Origin: Hypanus sabinus
Lineage: Eukaryota
Direction of reading: 5' to 3'
NCBI RefSeq assembly: GCF_030144855.1
Contig: NC_082729.1
Coordinates: forward strand, 35,154,001-35,218,000
Length of the DNA stretch: 64,000 nt
Shown here: positions 45,063-57,950 of the stretch, in pieces
Layout of the letters: each line of letters opens with the position of its first letter
How positions within the stretch are numbered: the first letter of the stretch is position 1
The notes under the pieces: model-generated
What the model was told of the DNA's origin: nothing
The model's input: only the letters and a program-made list of their open reading frames with translations
Databases searched by the model: none
Position numbers and translations under genes: made by a program

Positions 45063-45530
45063 ACAGAATGACTCTCTGATACTTCCCGCTTCCTCCCCTC
45101 TCCAACCCCCTTTTCCAAACCATAATTTCATTCTCCAAGCTTCTTCCCAGTCTCAGTTCACAAGAGCCCATATCAGAATCAGGTTTATCGTCACTCAGAT
45201 ATGTCATGAAATATGTTTCTCTTTTGGTGACAGTGCAATACATCATAAGACTTAAGTACTTTGCAGTAATCGGCCCTTCCCGCCCAACGAGCCGCACTGC
45301 CCAGAAACCCACCTGGTTAAGCCTAGCCTAACCACAGGAAAGTTTACAAAGGTCAATTGACCAAAGAACCTGTATGCTTTTCCAATGTACGAGTTAGGTG
45401 ATGGGTTGCAACCCATCTCCACTGGCCTATCGCTCTTTCCCTCTTCTCTCTCGCCTCCCCACCTAAATACGCCATCTCTCCAGTCTGCGCGCCTCTCACT
45501 TCCACAATACGTCATCCACCAGATTCGACA

Positions 45531-47751
45531 ATGTCGTTCTCCGAAACAGTATCCATTTTGACGCTAGCTAGGAATCTCTCCTCCCACAATTCCACGGCCG
45601 ATGGAAACAGAATGGAGTGGGGAGCACGTTCTGTCATGTCGATGGTCATTTTCAACCTCACCTTCTTACTGGGCGTCCCCGGCAAATGCGCAGTCATCTG
45701 GGCAACGGGTTTTAAGATGAAGAGTAATGTCCACAGGCTGTGTTTCCTGAACCTGACTGTGGCTGACCTGATATATTGCCTGACCCTGCCTTTCTGCTAG
45801 GCCAAAATCTCCCTGAGCTGCTCTGGGCACAAAGCCTTTCCAGGAAGATTTTTGGAAACTTGATGCACCTCAACGCATCGGCCAGCATATATTTATATAT
45901 ATTTATATATTAGGTCATGTTTAACAAATTTATTAGAGATTTTCGAGGAGGTTGCAAGGAAAGTGGATGAAGGGAAGGCAGTGGATGTTGTCTACATGGA
46001 CTTCGGTAAGGCCTTTGAGAAGGTCCCGCATGGGCGGCTAGTTCGGAAGATTCAATCGCTAGGTATACGTGGTGAGGTAGTAAATTGGATTAGACATTGG
46101 CTCAATGGGAGAAGTCAGAGAGTGATAGTGGAGGATGGCTCCTCTGAGTGGAGGCCTGTGACTAGTAGTGTGCCACAGGGATTTGTGCTGGGTCCATTGT
46201 TATTTGTAAATTAGAACAGCAAATTTGTTAATGATACAATGATTGGAGGTGTAAGTGGACAGTGAGGAAGGTTTTCAAAGCTTGCCGAGCGATCTGGACA
46301 AGCTGGAAAAATACGCTGTAAATAGCAAATGGAGTTTAATACAGACAAGTGTGAGGTATTGCACTTTCGAAGGAAAAACCAAGGTAGAACATACAAGGTA
46401 AATGGTAGAGCACTGAGGAGTGCAGTGGAACAAAGGGAGCTGCGAATACAGATACAAAATTCCCTAAAAGTGGCTTCACAGGTAGATAGGGTAGTAAAGA
46501 GAGCTTTTGGTACATTGGCCTTTATTTGGTACATTGGCCTTTATAAATCACAGTATTGAGTATAGGAGTTGGAATGTTATAGTGAGGTTGTATAAGGCTT
46601 TGGTGAAGCCGAATTTGTAGTATTGTGTGCAGTTTTGGTCACCGAATTACAGGAAAGATATGAAAAAGTTTGCAAGAGTGCAGAGAAGGTTTACAAGGAT
46701 GTTGCCAGGACTTGAGAAGCTGAGTTACAGAAAAAGGTTGAATAGTTTAGGACTTTATTCGCTGGAGCGTAGAAGGGTGAGGGGAGACTTGATAGAGATA
46801 TATAAAATTACGATGGGTATAGATAGAGTGAATGCAAGCAGACTTTTTCCACTGAGGCTAGGGGAGAAAAAAAAAGATGACATGGATTAAGGCGGAAGGG
46901 GGAAAAGTTTAAAGGGAACATTCGGGGGGGGGGGGGGCTTCTTCACACAGAGTGGTGGGAGTGTGGAATGATCTGCCAGATGAAGTGGTAAATGCGGGTT
47001 CACTTTTAACATTTAAGAAAAGCTTGGAAAGGTACATGGATGTCAGGTGTATGGAGGGATATGGTCCAGGTGCAGGTCAGTGGGACTCGGCAGAAAAATG
47101 GTTCAGCACAGCCAAGGAGGGCCAAAAAGGCCTGTTTCGGTGCTGTAACGTTCTATGGTTCTATAATTGTTATGTCTGATCAGCATCTTCTGCTGCCTGG
47201 CTATTACTCGGCCCAGTTAGTTCCAGCAACATCTGAGCCTCACATCGGGTCGTGCGGCCTGCTTCGGAGTCTGGATCCTAGCCTTCGTCATGTGCCTACC
47301 CGTCCCCCTGCTCCAGGATTTGGAGAAGCAATTGGCCGTGTTGGAGCCATTTTGGCTTGTTTTAAACTTCGCCTTCCACTTTGTAATTATGATCAAGTGC
47401 TACTCCGTGGTTGGCTGGAGGCTGTAAGGGAACAGGTTAGACAAATCTAAGAATTCTATCTGCGTCATCATCACCGTTGTCGTCACATTTATGATCTATT
47501 TGATCCCCAACACGGTCTGCGACCTCCTCTCAACCTTCCCCACACCGCTTCTCCCGGACCAGTTGTTATTTGCTGCAGCCCTGGCCTCCTTCATCGGCGC
47601 CCAAAACCCCCTTCGCTATACCTTCGCTGGCAGCAAATTCCGTCAGGTCTTCAGGCGCTCTCTCCTTGCCTCGCCCTTGCTGGCCTTCGTCGAGCAGAGG
47701 CTTGAACGGATGACCCAGACCCGAAAACACGCCTCAGATTTGAATACCTGA
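45531..47751 (+). pseudogene. Receptor pseudogene, copy 4 (near full length, CR1-interrupted)
   Basis: ATG at 45531, TAG at 45798-45800, CR1 at about 45895-47165, then TM3-TM7 with degenerate motifs (GAQNPLRY). Confidence 0.92.
45895..47165 (+). mobile_element. CR1 insertion in receptor copy 4
   Basis: ORFs 45963-46214, 46329-46559 and 46627-46890; same junctions as 22281-23524. Confidence 0.9.
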
Positions 47752-48449
47752 CGGAGTTCCTCGTGGATACACAGACAACCGATATCCCCAGACTAAAGAC
47801 ACAGTGGACAGTCGGATGCAGCTGTGGTCATGAGTGGAGGCTTTAATACACCCTTACTCTAATCACTTAAAACAATGCAGCACAGTAATGCGCCGGATCA
47901 ACTAAATCAGTAAATAGGTGGACAATTAAACTAATCCCCTCTGCCAACACAATGTGGATAACCTCCCATTATGCTCATTACACCTATCTAAACATCACTT
48001 AAATGTCTCTAACCTATCTACTCTTACCACCATTCCGGGCAGCGTATGCCAGGCACACACCGCGCTCTGTATAAATCACTAGCCCCTTGCAACTCCTTTG
48101 GTCTATAGATCTTGGGGTCTAGGGACTTGCTTTTTATAGGTGACAGGCACAGGTACTGATGCTCCTACTGGAACAACTGAGGTTGGTGGCTGATTCTTTG
48201 CTGCTGTGTGTGTGTGGGGCGAGGGGATGGGTTTTCCTTTCATTCTTTCTTTGGGGATTTCTCTCTCTGTTTTTTGGATGTCTGCAATGAGTAAGGATTT
48301 CAGGTTTGCGCTGAATGCATTCTCTGACAGTAATTAGAAGCTTGGAACCACTGACGTCTCCGAATGGCTTTAATTTTATTTCTCCCTGTACACATAAGCT
48401 CCAAAAGGGCAACATCCCAGCTATTTGTAGGTCCATATCTGTAACCAAT

Positions 48450-49340
48450 ATACATCAGCTCTACGAGGGAACTCAGTGTGATCTTCTGCTGCTGTAGTCC
48501 ATCAACTGGAAGTATCGACGTGTCATGCAGTTAGAAATGATCTTCGGCACGCCGCTGTTCTAACGTGTGGTTATGCGGGGTACTGTCTGCTTCCTGTCAG
48601 CTTGAACGAGGCTGGACATTTTCCCACGACCTCTCTCTTCAGCAAGACTGTTTCAAACACAGAACGGATTGTTTTTTCACACCTTTCTCTGTAAACTCGA
48701 GAAACTCTTGTGTGTGAAAACCTCATTCAATCAGCAGTTCCTGAAATACTCAAACCACCCTGTCTGCCCTGAACCATGATCCCACGGTCAAAGTCGCTCA
48801 GATCACACTTCTTCCCCATTCTGATGTTTGGTCTGAACAATAACTGAACCGCTTGACCATGACTCCATGTTTTTATGCATTGCGTTGCTACCACTTAATG
48901 TGTTAATAAGATAATTGCATAAACGGGTAGGTATACAGGTGTACTGAATAAAGTCGTCATTGAGTGTACAGAACACTGTCAAAATATCTCATACACACAC
49001 GTTTCAAAAATCCTGCAAACTGAAGATTCTTTGAAAGATAATTTGTTGAGTTTCCAAATATCAAAACAATACTATGAAGAGCAGTAAACAGTAAAAAAAA
49101 CAAACAAAATCAAATCAATATTTGGGGTTGCCACCTTTTCCTTTTCAAGCTGAATCGATTCTCTTAAGTGCACTGTCGTGCAGTTTTATTAGAAAATCGG
49201 CTCGTTAGTTCTTCCAATCATCTTGGAGAACTTGTCACAGTTCGTCTGCAGCTTTTGGCTATCTCACTTGGTCGGTTATGCCAGTTAACCCCAAAACAGC
49301 CTCGACGATGTTTCGATTCGGGCTCTCTGAAGGCCATGCA
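48450..49340. mobile_element. Tc1-like MITE plus Tc1 transposase remnant
   Basis: Colinear with 25215-26130. Confidence 0.65.
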
Positions 49341-49589
49341 ATCTAAATAGCATGCCGAAAATATTTGAACAGTCACATATTTTTGCTGATTCATGCATAC
49401 AAGCTGCTTCTTTCGTTATTCACCCTTGAAACATCAGTACCTGTGACTCTTGATTTTTAGCAGTTTTAATAAAAGATTGGTTGACATACTTTAAAGAAAG
49501 TATGATGTTTAAATTCATACACGTCTCTGTTCCCCTACGGACTGTGTAGATATGTAATATATGTGTCGCGTCCTGTTAAAAGTACCTGA

Positions 49590-50300
49590 TTCCGATGCGA
49601 TGAAAACAGGACAGCCAGTATGATAGGGGCGTGATTGTCTAACCCAACAGGAACTTCTTTGCAGATCAATCAATTTCCATGCCACATTCCCGTCTACTGC
49701 AAGTAAATTAAGAAAGTTAAGCTGTGTATGCCGACACAGCAATTTTCAAGGATGGCATTGGGATCCTCAGACTTTTCAACGGTAAAATGATACACGCAAG
49801 TTTTATAAAACCGATCTGGCTCCTGATACTGTACCATATGGGACAAAGTAGACAGTCTGCTAGATTATAGGAACGGCTTTTCGTTCAAGCTGGCGTGGAG
49901 CCTACGGAAAAGACCAGTAGTCCCAAGTGCAAAGAAAATTCGGCTGCAGGATCTGTGATGATTTTCAGATCACCATCAATCCGATACTGAAAGAGGATCA
50001 ATACCCTTTGATCAGGGTAGAGGATGTCTTTGCAAACCTTTCTGGAGGAAAAAAACTTCAGCACACTGCTCTCAGCTGAGGCCTACATACAGATGGACAA
50101 TGTGTTTCTCGCCATTACCACCTGCAAAGGCCCTTATTGCTTAATAGGCTTGTTTGTAGAGTTGCATTTGCACTTGCAGTCTGTCAGAAAGCCATGGAGC
50201 AGCTTCTTGAACGTTTCCGGGGAAATTAGATTACATCATTGTCAGCGGTAAGGATGACAAGGGACATCTCCAAAGTCTCATGACAGCTTTAAAATAGATG
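49590..50300 (+). mobile_element. Gypsy RT remnant
   Basis: RICDDFQITINPILKEDQYPLIRVEDVFANLSGG; paralog of 52-640. Confidence 0.85.
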
Positions 50301-51233
50301 AAAAGCTCGGGCGCTCTGAGCACGACACCAAGCATCCTTCAAAGGTGGCTGCGGTTGTTTGCAGAGTCAGCCCGCACCATCATGCGCAGACATGCGGCCG
50401 CCATCATCTTCAAGAGGACTGCATTCACCATTAAAAACTCAGAACATCATCGTGTCAGTAGCTTCCTCTCGGTTTTCACTACTGTTACCCATCCAGGGTA
50501 GAGATTAAGGAATATCATCGCACTCCGATGTAGAAAGGTTCTTCATTGCTGTTTCCATAACAGTTTTATTTTACGGGTCAGGGTTAGTCCTGAGCTGACA
50601 CTCGAGCCTGGAGAACCAGTGGATCACTCTTAGTCTGGGGTCTATCCTGAGATTTCTCAGGCATGGGTGACCCTATCAAGACCCAAAGCATAAAGGCCTA
50701 ACTCCAGAAAACATAGTTCTTTGGGCCATTCGGACACACAAGCTGAGTCGAGGTTCTTGGGCCGAGGTGTTTAAAGGCCCGAGAGAGACGGGAACGCCAC
50801 CAATGACGGCAGAACAACACAGACTCGCAAAACACGAGAAAGACAGGGTAGGCAGCTCCAGGATCCTAATGCTTTGGACTACCCATCTCCAACACTCAAA
50901 CATTCCAGTCAGCTCAGGTAATACTGTCCTGCTCTCACACGCACAGTGAGGAGGGTGAGACTAGAGCCCCGTACCACCCCTGAATGACAGCGTACGCAGG
51001 TAACAGGACATGGTGACTTACAGGAACGCTGGCCTGTGAGAAAGTTCCGAAGAAGAGAGGGAAAAGTCAGAGATCCATATACTATTCCACCCTCCACAGC
51101 AATCTCACCAGAACACAAAATCTAAAGGCGGCCGATATACAACACAAAGTATACTGCAGATGCTGTGGTCAATTAACACGTACAAACAAGCTGGTTGAAC
51201 TCAGCAGGTCGGGCAGCATCCGTTGAAAGGAGC

Positions 51234-51269
51234 AGTCAACGTTTCGGGCCGAGACCCTTCATCAGGACT
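51234..51269 (-). ncRNA. Minimal type I hammerhead ribozyme motif (Penelope-associated)
   Basis: Minus strand: AGUC CUGAUGA A GGG-UCUCGG-CCC GAAA CG UU/ GACU. Conserved core, 3-bp stem II, palindromic ACGU stem III. Predicted cut between 51238 and 51237. Confidence 0.8.
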
Positions 51270-52018
51270 AAAGAAGGAGGGGGCAGGGGCCCTATAAAGA
51301 AGGCGGGTGGAGGAGGAAGGTGCCAGGTGAAAAACCAATCAGAGGAAAGATCAAAGGGTGGGGGAAGGGAAGCATGGAGGGGATAGGCAGGAGTGGTGAA
51401 GAAGGAATCTAAGGAAAAAGTACTACGGGTGGTAGAAGAAGGCAGAATCATGAGAGAGGTGATAGACAGCTAGAAGAGGAGACGGAGTGAAAGTGGAATG
51501 GGGGAAGGGAGAGGGAGGGAATTACCGGAAGCTGGAGAATTCAATGTTCATACCAAGGGTCTGTAGACTACCCAGAATGTGTATGAGGTGTTGGTCCTTC
51601 AACCGGAGTTTGGCCCCATCATTACTGTTGAGGAGGCCATGTATGGACATATCCGAATGGGAATGTGAAGCAGAGTTGAAGAGAGTGGCAACCGGGAGAT
51701 CCTGTCTGTTGTGGCGGACGGAGCAGAGGTGCTCAACGAAGTGGTCCCCCAGTCTGCGACAGGTCTCGCCGATGGAGAGGAGGCCGCACCGGGAGCACCG
51801 GATGCAATAGATTACCCCAACAGACTCACAAGTGAAATATTGCCTCACCTGGAAGGACTGATTGGGGCACTGAATGGTGGTAAGAGAGGAGGTGTAGGGA
51901 CAGGTGTAGCACTTACGCTTGCAGGGATAAGTATCAGGTGGGAAATCTGTGGGAAGGGATGTGTGGACCAGGCAGTCGCGGAGGGAACGATCCCTGTGGG
52001 TAGAGGGAAAGATGTCTC

Positions 52019-52175
52019 TACTCTTCCACCCTGCACAGCAACCTCACCAGAACACAAAATCTAAAGGCGGCCAATATACAACACAAAGTATACTGCAGAT
52101 GCTGTGGTCAAATAACACGTACAAACAAGCTGGTTGAACTCAGCAGGTCGGGCAGCATCCGTTGAAAGGAGCAGT
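52019..52175. repeat. 157-bp direct duplication of 51080-51236 inserted inside the Penelope element
   Basis: 5 mismatches in 157 bp by manual alignment; flanked by an imperfect repeat at 51985-52016 and 52177-52211. Confidence 0.92.
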
Positions 52176-53899
52176 TGAAAGATCCCAGAGGGGTAGAGAG
52201 GGAAAGATGTCCTTAGTGATGGGCTCCTGCTGAAGGTGGCAGAAGTTGCGGAGGATAATATGTTGGATCAGGAGGCTGGTGGGGTGATAGGTGAGGACAA
52301 GGGGAACACGGTCCCTGTTGTGGTGACGGGAAGATGGGGTGAGGGCTGGAGTGCTGGAAATGGAGGAGATGCTGGTGAGGACATCATTGATGACGGCAGA
52401 AGGGAAACCACGATTCTTAAAGAAAGAGGACATTTGGGATGTCCTGGAACGGAAAGCCTCATCCTTGGAGCAGATGCGGCGGAGACGGAGAAACTGGGAA
52501 GAGGGAATAGAATTTTTACATTTGACAGGGTGGGAAGAGGTATGATCAAGGTAGTTATGGGAGTCAGTGGGTTTATAGAATACGTCAGTGGACAGTCTAT
52601 CTCCAGATATGGAGACCGAGAGATCGAGAAAGGGGAGAGAAGTGTCTGAGATGGACCAAGTGAATTTGAGGGATGAGTGAAAGTTAGAGGCAAAGTCGAT
52701 GAAATTGATGAGCTCAGCATGGGTGCAGGAAGCAGCACCAATGTAGTCGTCAGTGTATCGAAAGAAAAGTTGGGGAGCAGTACCAGTATAGATTTGGAGC
52801 ATAGACTGTTCCACATAACCCACGAAGAGGCAGGCATAGCTGGGGCCCATGCGAGTGCCCATAGCTACACGCTTGGTCTGAAGAAAGTGGGAAGAGCCGA
52901 AAGAGAAGTTATTAAGTGTGAGTACCAGTTCCGCCAACCTGAGGAGAGTGGTGGTGTTGGGGAACTGGTGAGGTCTATTGTCCAGGAAGTAGCGGAGGGC
53001 TTTGAAGCCTTCTTGATGGAGAATTGAAGTGTATAAGGATTAGACATCTATGGTGAAAATAAAGCGGTCGGGACTGGGAAACTGGAAATTATTGAAGACG
53101 TGGAGGGCATGGGATGTATCCCGGATGTAGGTAGGGAGGAACTGAACTATGGGTGACAAAATGGAGTCGAAGTAGGCAGATACAAGATCGGTGGGGCAGG
53201 AGCCGGCCGAAACTATAGGCTTACCAGGACAGTCGGGCTTATGGATCTTGAGGAGGAGGTAAAACCAAGCAGTGCGGGGTGTGGGAATTATGAGTTTTGT
53301 AGCTGAGGATGGAAGGTCTCCGGAGTTGATAAGGGTAGAGATGGTACGGGAGACAATGGTTTGATTTTTTTGGTGGGGTCCTGTTTCAGGTGTAAGTAAG
53401 AGGAGGTGTCAGAGAGCTGCCGTTTGGCCTCACTAAGGTAGAGGTCTGTCCGCCAGACCACTACGGCACCACCTTTGTCTGCGGGTTTGATGGTGAGGTT
53501 AGGATTAGTGCGGAGAGAGTGGAGGGCAGTGCGTTCAGAGGGAATAAGTTTGGAACAGGAGAGAGGCGTGGTGAAGTTGAGACGGTTGATGTCTCGGTGA
53601 CAGTCGGAGATGAAAAGATCGAGTTCAGGTAGAAGGCCCGCTGGGGGTGTTCAGGAGGAGGAGGAGGGTTGAAGACGGGATAAGTGGTCATCAGTAGGGG
53701 GAGGAGAATCCTTATTAATGTAGTAGGCTCGAAGACGCATACAAAGCAGACGGGGAAGAGAGCCCCACACGGCAGGTGGGAAGACACCAGCCTTTTCCGG
53801 TGAGGGAGAGGGCCGGACTTCATACTTGTTACTTCCACCAGCAACCAGCTTCCTGACAGAATATAAGGCGCAGATTCTCTATGCGAATGTCTCGCAAAC

Positions 53900-56310
53900 T
53901 CTGGCAGTGGCTGACATTTCTGGAAGCCATCAGAAAGCAAACGATCTATGTTGCACAAAGCGGATGTACTCTAAAGGCAAGATGATGAAACCATGAAAAG
54001 TGTTTTACTTCAGTCTTCACTGTCGAAGGCACTAGCAGTATGATGGAAGTTCAGGATGTCAGAGGTCATGATGTGTGTGAGGTCACCATTACTAGAGAGA
54101 AGCTGATACTTCTAAGGTGGCTAAGTCAGATGGAACGATGGTGTACACTCCAGGGTTCTGAAAGAGATGACTGAAGAGGTTTTGGAGGCATTATTTGACG
54201 AAACAGCAAGAAGAATAGACAAAGAAGAATCAGTTTATGTTGTGTACTTAGATTTTCAGAAGGCTTTTGTGAAGGTGCCACACCAGAGGCTGCTTAACAA
54301 GCTGCTTAACAAGCTTAACAAGCCCCATGGATTTACAGGAAAGATTCGAGCGTGAATAAAGCAGTTGCTGATTAGCAGGAGGTAGAGAGCGGGAGCCTTC
54401 TCTGGCTGGCTGCCTGTGACACGTTGGTTTCCTCAGTGGTCTCTGATGGGTCCGATTCTCTTTACATGATATGACCATAATTTGAATGAAGGAATGACGG
54501 CTATGTTGCAATGTTTGCAAGCGGTACAGATGGATTGGAAGTTACTTTTGGTGAAGTAGAGACGCTACAAAAGAGCAGACAGATAAGGAGAATTAGCAAA
54601 GTCGCAGATGGAATACAGTGTCGGCAAATATATGGTCATACACTTTGGTAGTAGAACTGAAAGTATTGACTATTTTCAGAATGAACAGATTTTTTTTTAG
54701 AGCTGTAAGAGGGCTTGGGGTTCCTTGTGCCGGATACGATGAAGGTTAATTTGCAGGTAGATTTTGTGGTGAGGAAAGCAGGCGTGGTGTCAGTATTCAT
54801 TTCAAGAGCATACAGAATATAAAAACAAAGATCTAATGTTCAGATTTTATTAATCATTGCAGAGTCTCGCTTGCACTATTGTGATCAGTTTTTGGCTCAT
54901 GAACTCAGAACGAATATGTTGATACTGGAAAGGGTTCACGGGAGAAAGACGAATATCTTTCCAGGGTTGAAACACTTGTCAAATGGAAATCGTTTGATGG
55001 CTCTGGACCTGTATTCACTAGAATGAGATGAACTAATTGAAACCTATCGAACAGCCCTTATTGGGTTGCTGTGGAGAGGAGGTTTCCTTTAGTGGAAGAG
55101 TCTAACACCAGGGAATACAGCATCAGTAGAGGAGAGGCCTTTTAGAACGGAGATGAGAAAGAATGTATTTGGCCAAATTGCATTGAATCTGTGGATTTCG
55201 TTGACACGGGCAGCTATGGAGGCTAAATCTCTTGGTATACTTAAGGCACAAAAAGCGTTTTCTCCTCTTGTATTGTCACTTACAGGTAGATATGAAATTA
55301 AATATCCGAGATCCGTCCTCATATCATGCTCCTATGGTCCACCCACTTACCGCATGCGTACCTCTGACATTTATACTCCCAAAGTGGGACACCACGTACT
55401 CTACTGCATGAACTCCAGTATGCCATTTCTCTGCCCATATTTGCAATTGCTCTGCATCCTGACTAACCCCATGACAACAAACTCTGTGGCCTCTGTATTA
55501 GGCACAACTGAGGCGTTACTCCGTTGGTAAAAAAAAAACAGCTGAAATGAAATGATTGCGGATAGAACTAAAGAACTGCAAGTGCAAGAAGCCCTGGTTG
55601 AAGTAATTATGCAATTGAGTAGAAAGCTTAAGGTAAAAGACCTCAAAGGGGAAGTGATCATAACATAAAGAATTTACTCTGAGAATGAGAAACTAAACGT
55701 AGATCTATCAGAATGACAACAGAGTAAAGGGAATTAAACTCATGAGAAAGGAGTTGGCAAGAATTGATTGGCAAAGAACACTGGAAGTGATGATGGCAGA
55801 GAAGCAATGGCTGGAATTTCTCGAAGCAATTCGGAAGGCAGGATATCTATAGATCTCACTCAGGAAGAAGTATTCAAAAAGAAAAATGAAACAATCATGG
55901 CCAAGAGGAGATGTTAAAGCCAACATAAAGCCTATCATGGGCTATATATTTCAGCAAGAATTGCTGGAAATTTAGGGAATGAGCAAACCAGCTGGAAAAA
56001 ATAAAAAGTCATTAAAACGTCGATAGATAGGAAGGTAAGCTAGCCAATAATAATATTAAAGAGGACACTAAATGTTTCTTTGGAGACATAAAGTGTTACA
56101 GAGGAAGACAGGTAATGTTGGACAACTGTAAAAATGTGCTGGAGAGATACTCATGGAGGATGCGATAACGGCGAAGCACCTGAATAAGTACTTTGCATCA
56201 GTGTTCACTGTGGAAGACACCAGCATGGATTTACTATTACTAGGGAGCAAATTTTTGGGGAGCTTCAAAGGTCTGAACGTAGATAAGTCACATGGACCAG
56301 ATGCGGTTAA
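53900..56310 (+). mobile_element. Old CR1 remnants (53900-55250 RT part; 55510-56310 APE/linker part)
   Basis: ORF 54167-54355 VYLDFQKAFVKVPH; colinear with 27130-28790 and 31520-32330. Confidence 0.75.
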
Positions 56311-56319
56311 TTTCAGAAA

Positions 56320-56975
56320 TTAACCAGGTGGTCTCTTTATCAAATTTAATTCTCAAAAATAAAGGAAATAGTTTGTTCTTCACAGCTCACTGAGTAAAAT
56401 ATTATTTCCTGATGCAACAACTCAATTTCCTCATATTAAGCTTCTTGAAACTTCAAACAAAGACAGTCTCCACCGAGGTGGACTAACTCATCTCTTCGGC
56501 TTATTCAGAATTAATGCCCCCCACCATTGCTAAATCAGCATCCAAGTTCCGCACAGGGCACAACTCCTTAATGTACCTGGTGCATCCGAGTAATCTCACC
56601 GTCCAATTTAACGTCTGACTGCAAGTATCCAGAAGTGCTAAGGACCGGGGACGGAGCCGGAGATTCCGCAGAAAGGTGAGATGAATTTCCATTGGATTTA
56701 TATTAATTTGGAAATGCGACGTCTGATCAAGGATCATCAGCGTGGCTGTGTTGCGGAAGAAACCCGACCTCTCTACTTTCGGGAGGATTTTCAGCAGATA
56801 ACTCAGTTACTCAGTGAAAACAGGACAGTGGGTTTGTTAACATGCAGTTCAATCAGAACACCTGGGATTGCGGAGGCTGGTTTTGTTTTCCATGCGGTCG
56901 AGTAACGCTGACCAATGACCGGACAAAATAAATTAAGGCAACAAATACAGAGACGGTGTAGACGGAATCAATTTC
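56320..56975 (+). promoter_or_regulatory. Putative promoter and exon 1 of receptor copy 5
   Basis: Third paralog of the 5570-6190 block. Donor AAG|GTGAGA (GT 56676-56677); the ETS site is changed to ATTTCCTCAT. Confidence 0.4.
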
Positions 56976-57084
56976 CCAAGGTCGGAGCAAAATTGAGAGA
57001 AAGGCTTACATTCATCTTGAAGACAGGAGATTAAAGTCGAATATAAGTGATATATTTTTTAAAGGTTTGTTTTAATTGTCATTT

Positions 57085-57756
57085 AGATTTAAAGATACAG
57101 AACGGTAACAAGCCCTTCAGGCCCTAGGAGACCGTCCGGCCCAATTACACCCATGTGATCAATTAACCCACTAGAGTCTCAAGCCTTCTGGTTATCATAT
57201 GAGGAAAGTTTTATGGTCCTGGGCTTCTACTCACTGAAATTCAGAAGAATAAGAGGTGACTTCGTTGAAACCTGTGGAATGTTGAAATGCCTGGATATAG
57301 TCGATGTGGAGTAGATGTTTCCTATGTTCCGGGAGGCTAAGAGCCTCAGAAGGGAGGGCCGTCCTTTTAGAAAGGAGATTCTGATTACTTTCTGAAGCCA
57401 GAGAGTGATGAATCTGTGGAATTCATTGCCACTGGGAGCGGCATGTTTCTGTACAGTATTTTTAAGACATAGCTGATAGATTCTTAATTTCTCAAGAGCA
57501 TGCTCGGAAACAAGGGGGAAGGAAAGAGATTGGGGCTGAAAAGATGGGGCGGAGCAGACTCGGTGAGCCAGATGGACTAATTCTGCTCCTATATCTTATG
57601 GAATTATAATCTTATGTGTGAGGAAACTGGAGCAACCAGAAGAAACCGACGCAATAGTGGAGAGAAATTCTAAACTCCCTCCAGACCGCGGCAGAAGTTG
57701 AACCCGGTTTGTTGGCGGGCCAGCAGAGTTATGCTAATCACTGCGTTACCATGCCG
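57085..57756 (-). mobile_element. tRNA-derived SINE interrupted by a + strand CR1 3' fragment (about 57200-57612)
   Basis: A/B-box head at about 57670-57756, SINE body at 57615-57670 and tail at 57085-57172. Confidence 0.65.
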
Positions 57757-57950
57757 TACATCATGAACTGACACATTGAACGTGGTTGCCAGTGGAGGTG
57801 ACAAACATCATATGCAATCAGGACGTTTAAGAGGTATTTACACAGGCACGTAAACACATGAGACATTCGCGGTCATGGTTCCAAAGCGTTGCAAGATGGA
57901 TTGTAAATAGGCCAATGACCGGTTTCTGTAGTGTATTTGTTTCTGTAGTG

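Larger units (their letters stand above)
51136..53742 (-). mobile_element. Penelope-like element (RT plus GIY-YIG endonuclease), decayed
   Basis: ORF 52140-52937(-) LTLNNFSF...AMGTRMGPSYACLF...FFRYTDD. ORF 51522-51848(-) FTCES.GVIYCIRCSRC...IGET.RRL...EH. Absent from the paralogous site at about 26975. Confidence 0.92.

Noticed and set aside
46507-54321. Short tandem micro-duplications (TTTGGTACATTGGCCTTTAT twice near 46507-46545; GCTTAACAA units near 54289-54321)
   Set aside because: Ordinary slippage duplications inside dead CR1 copies.
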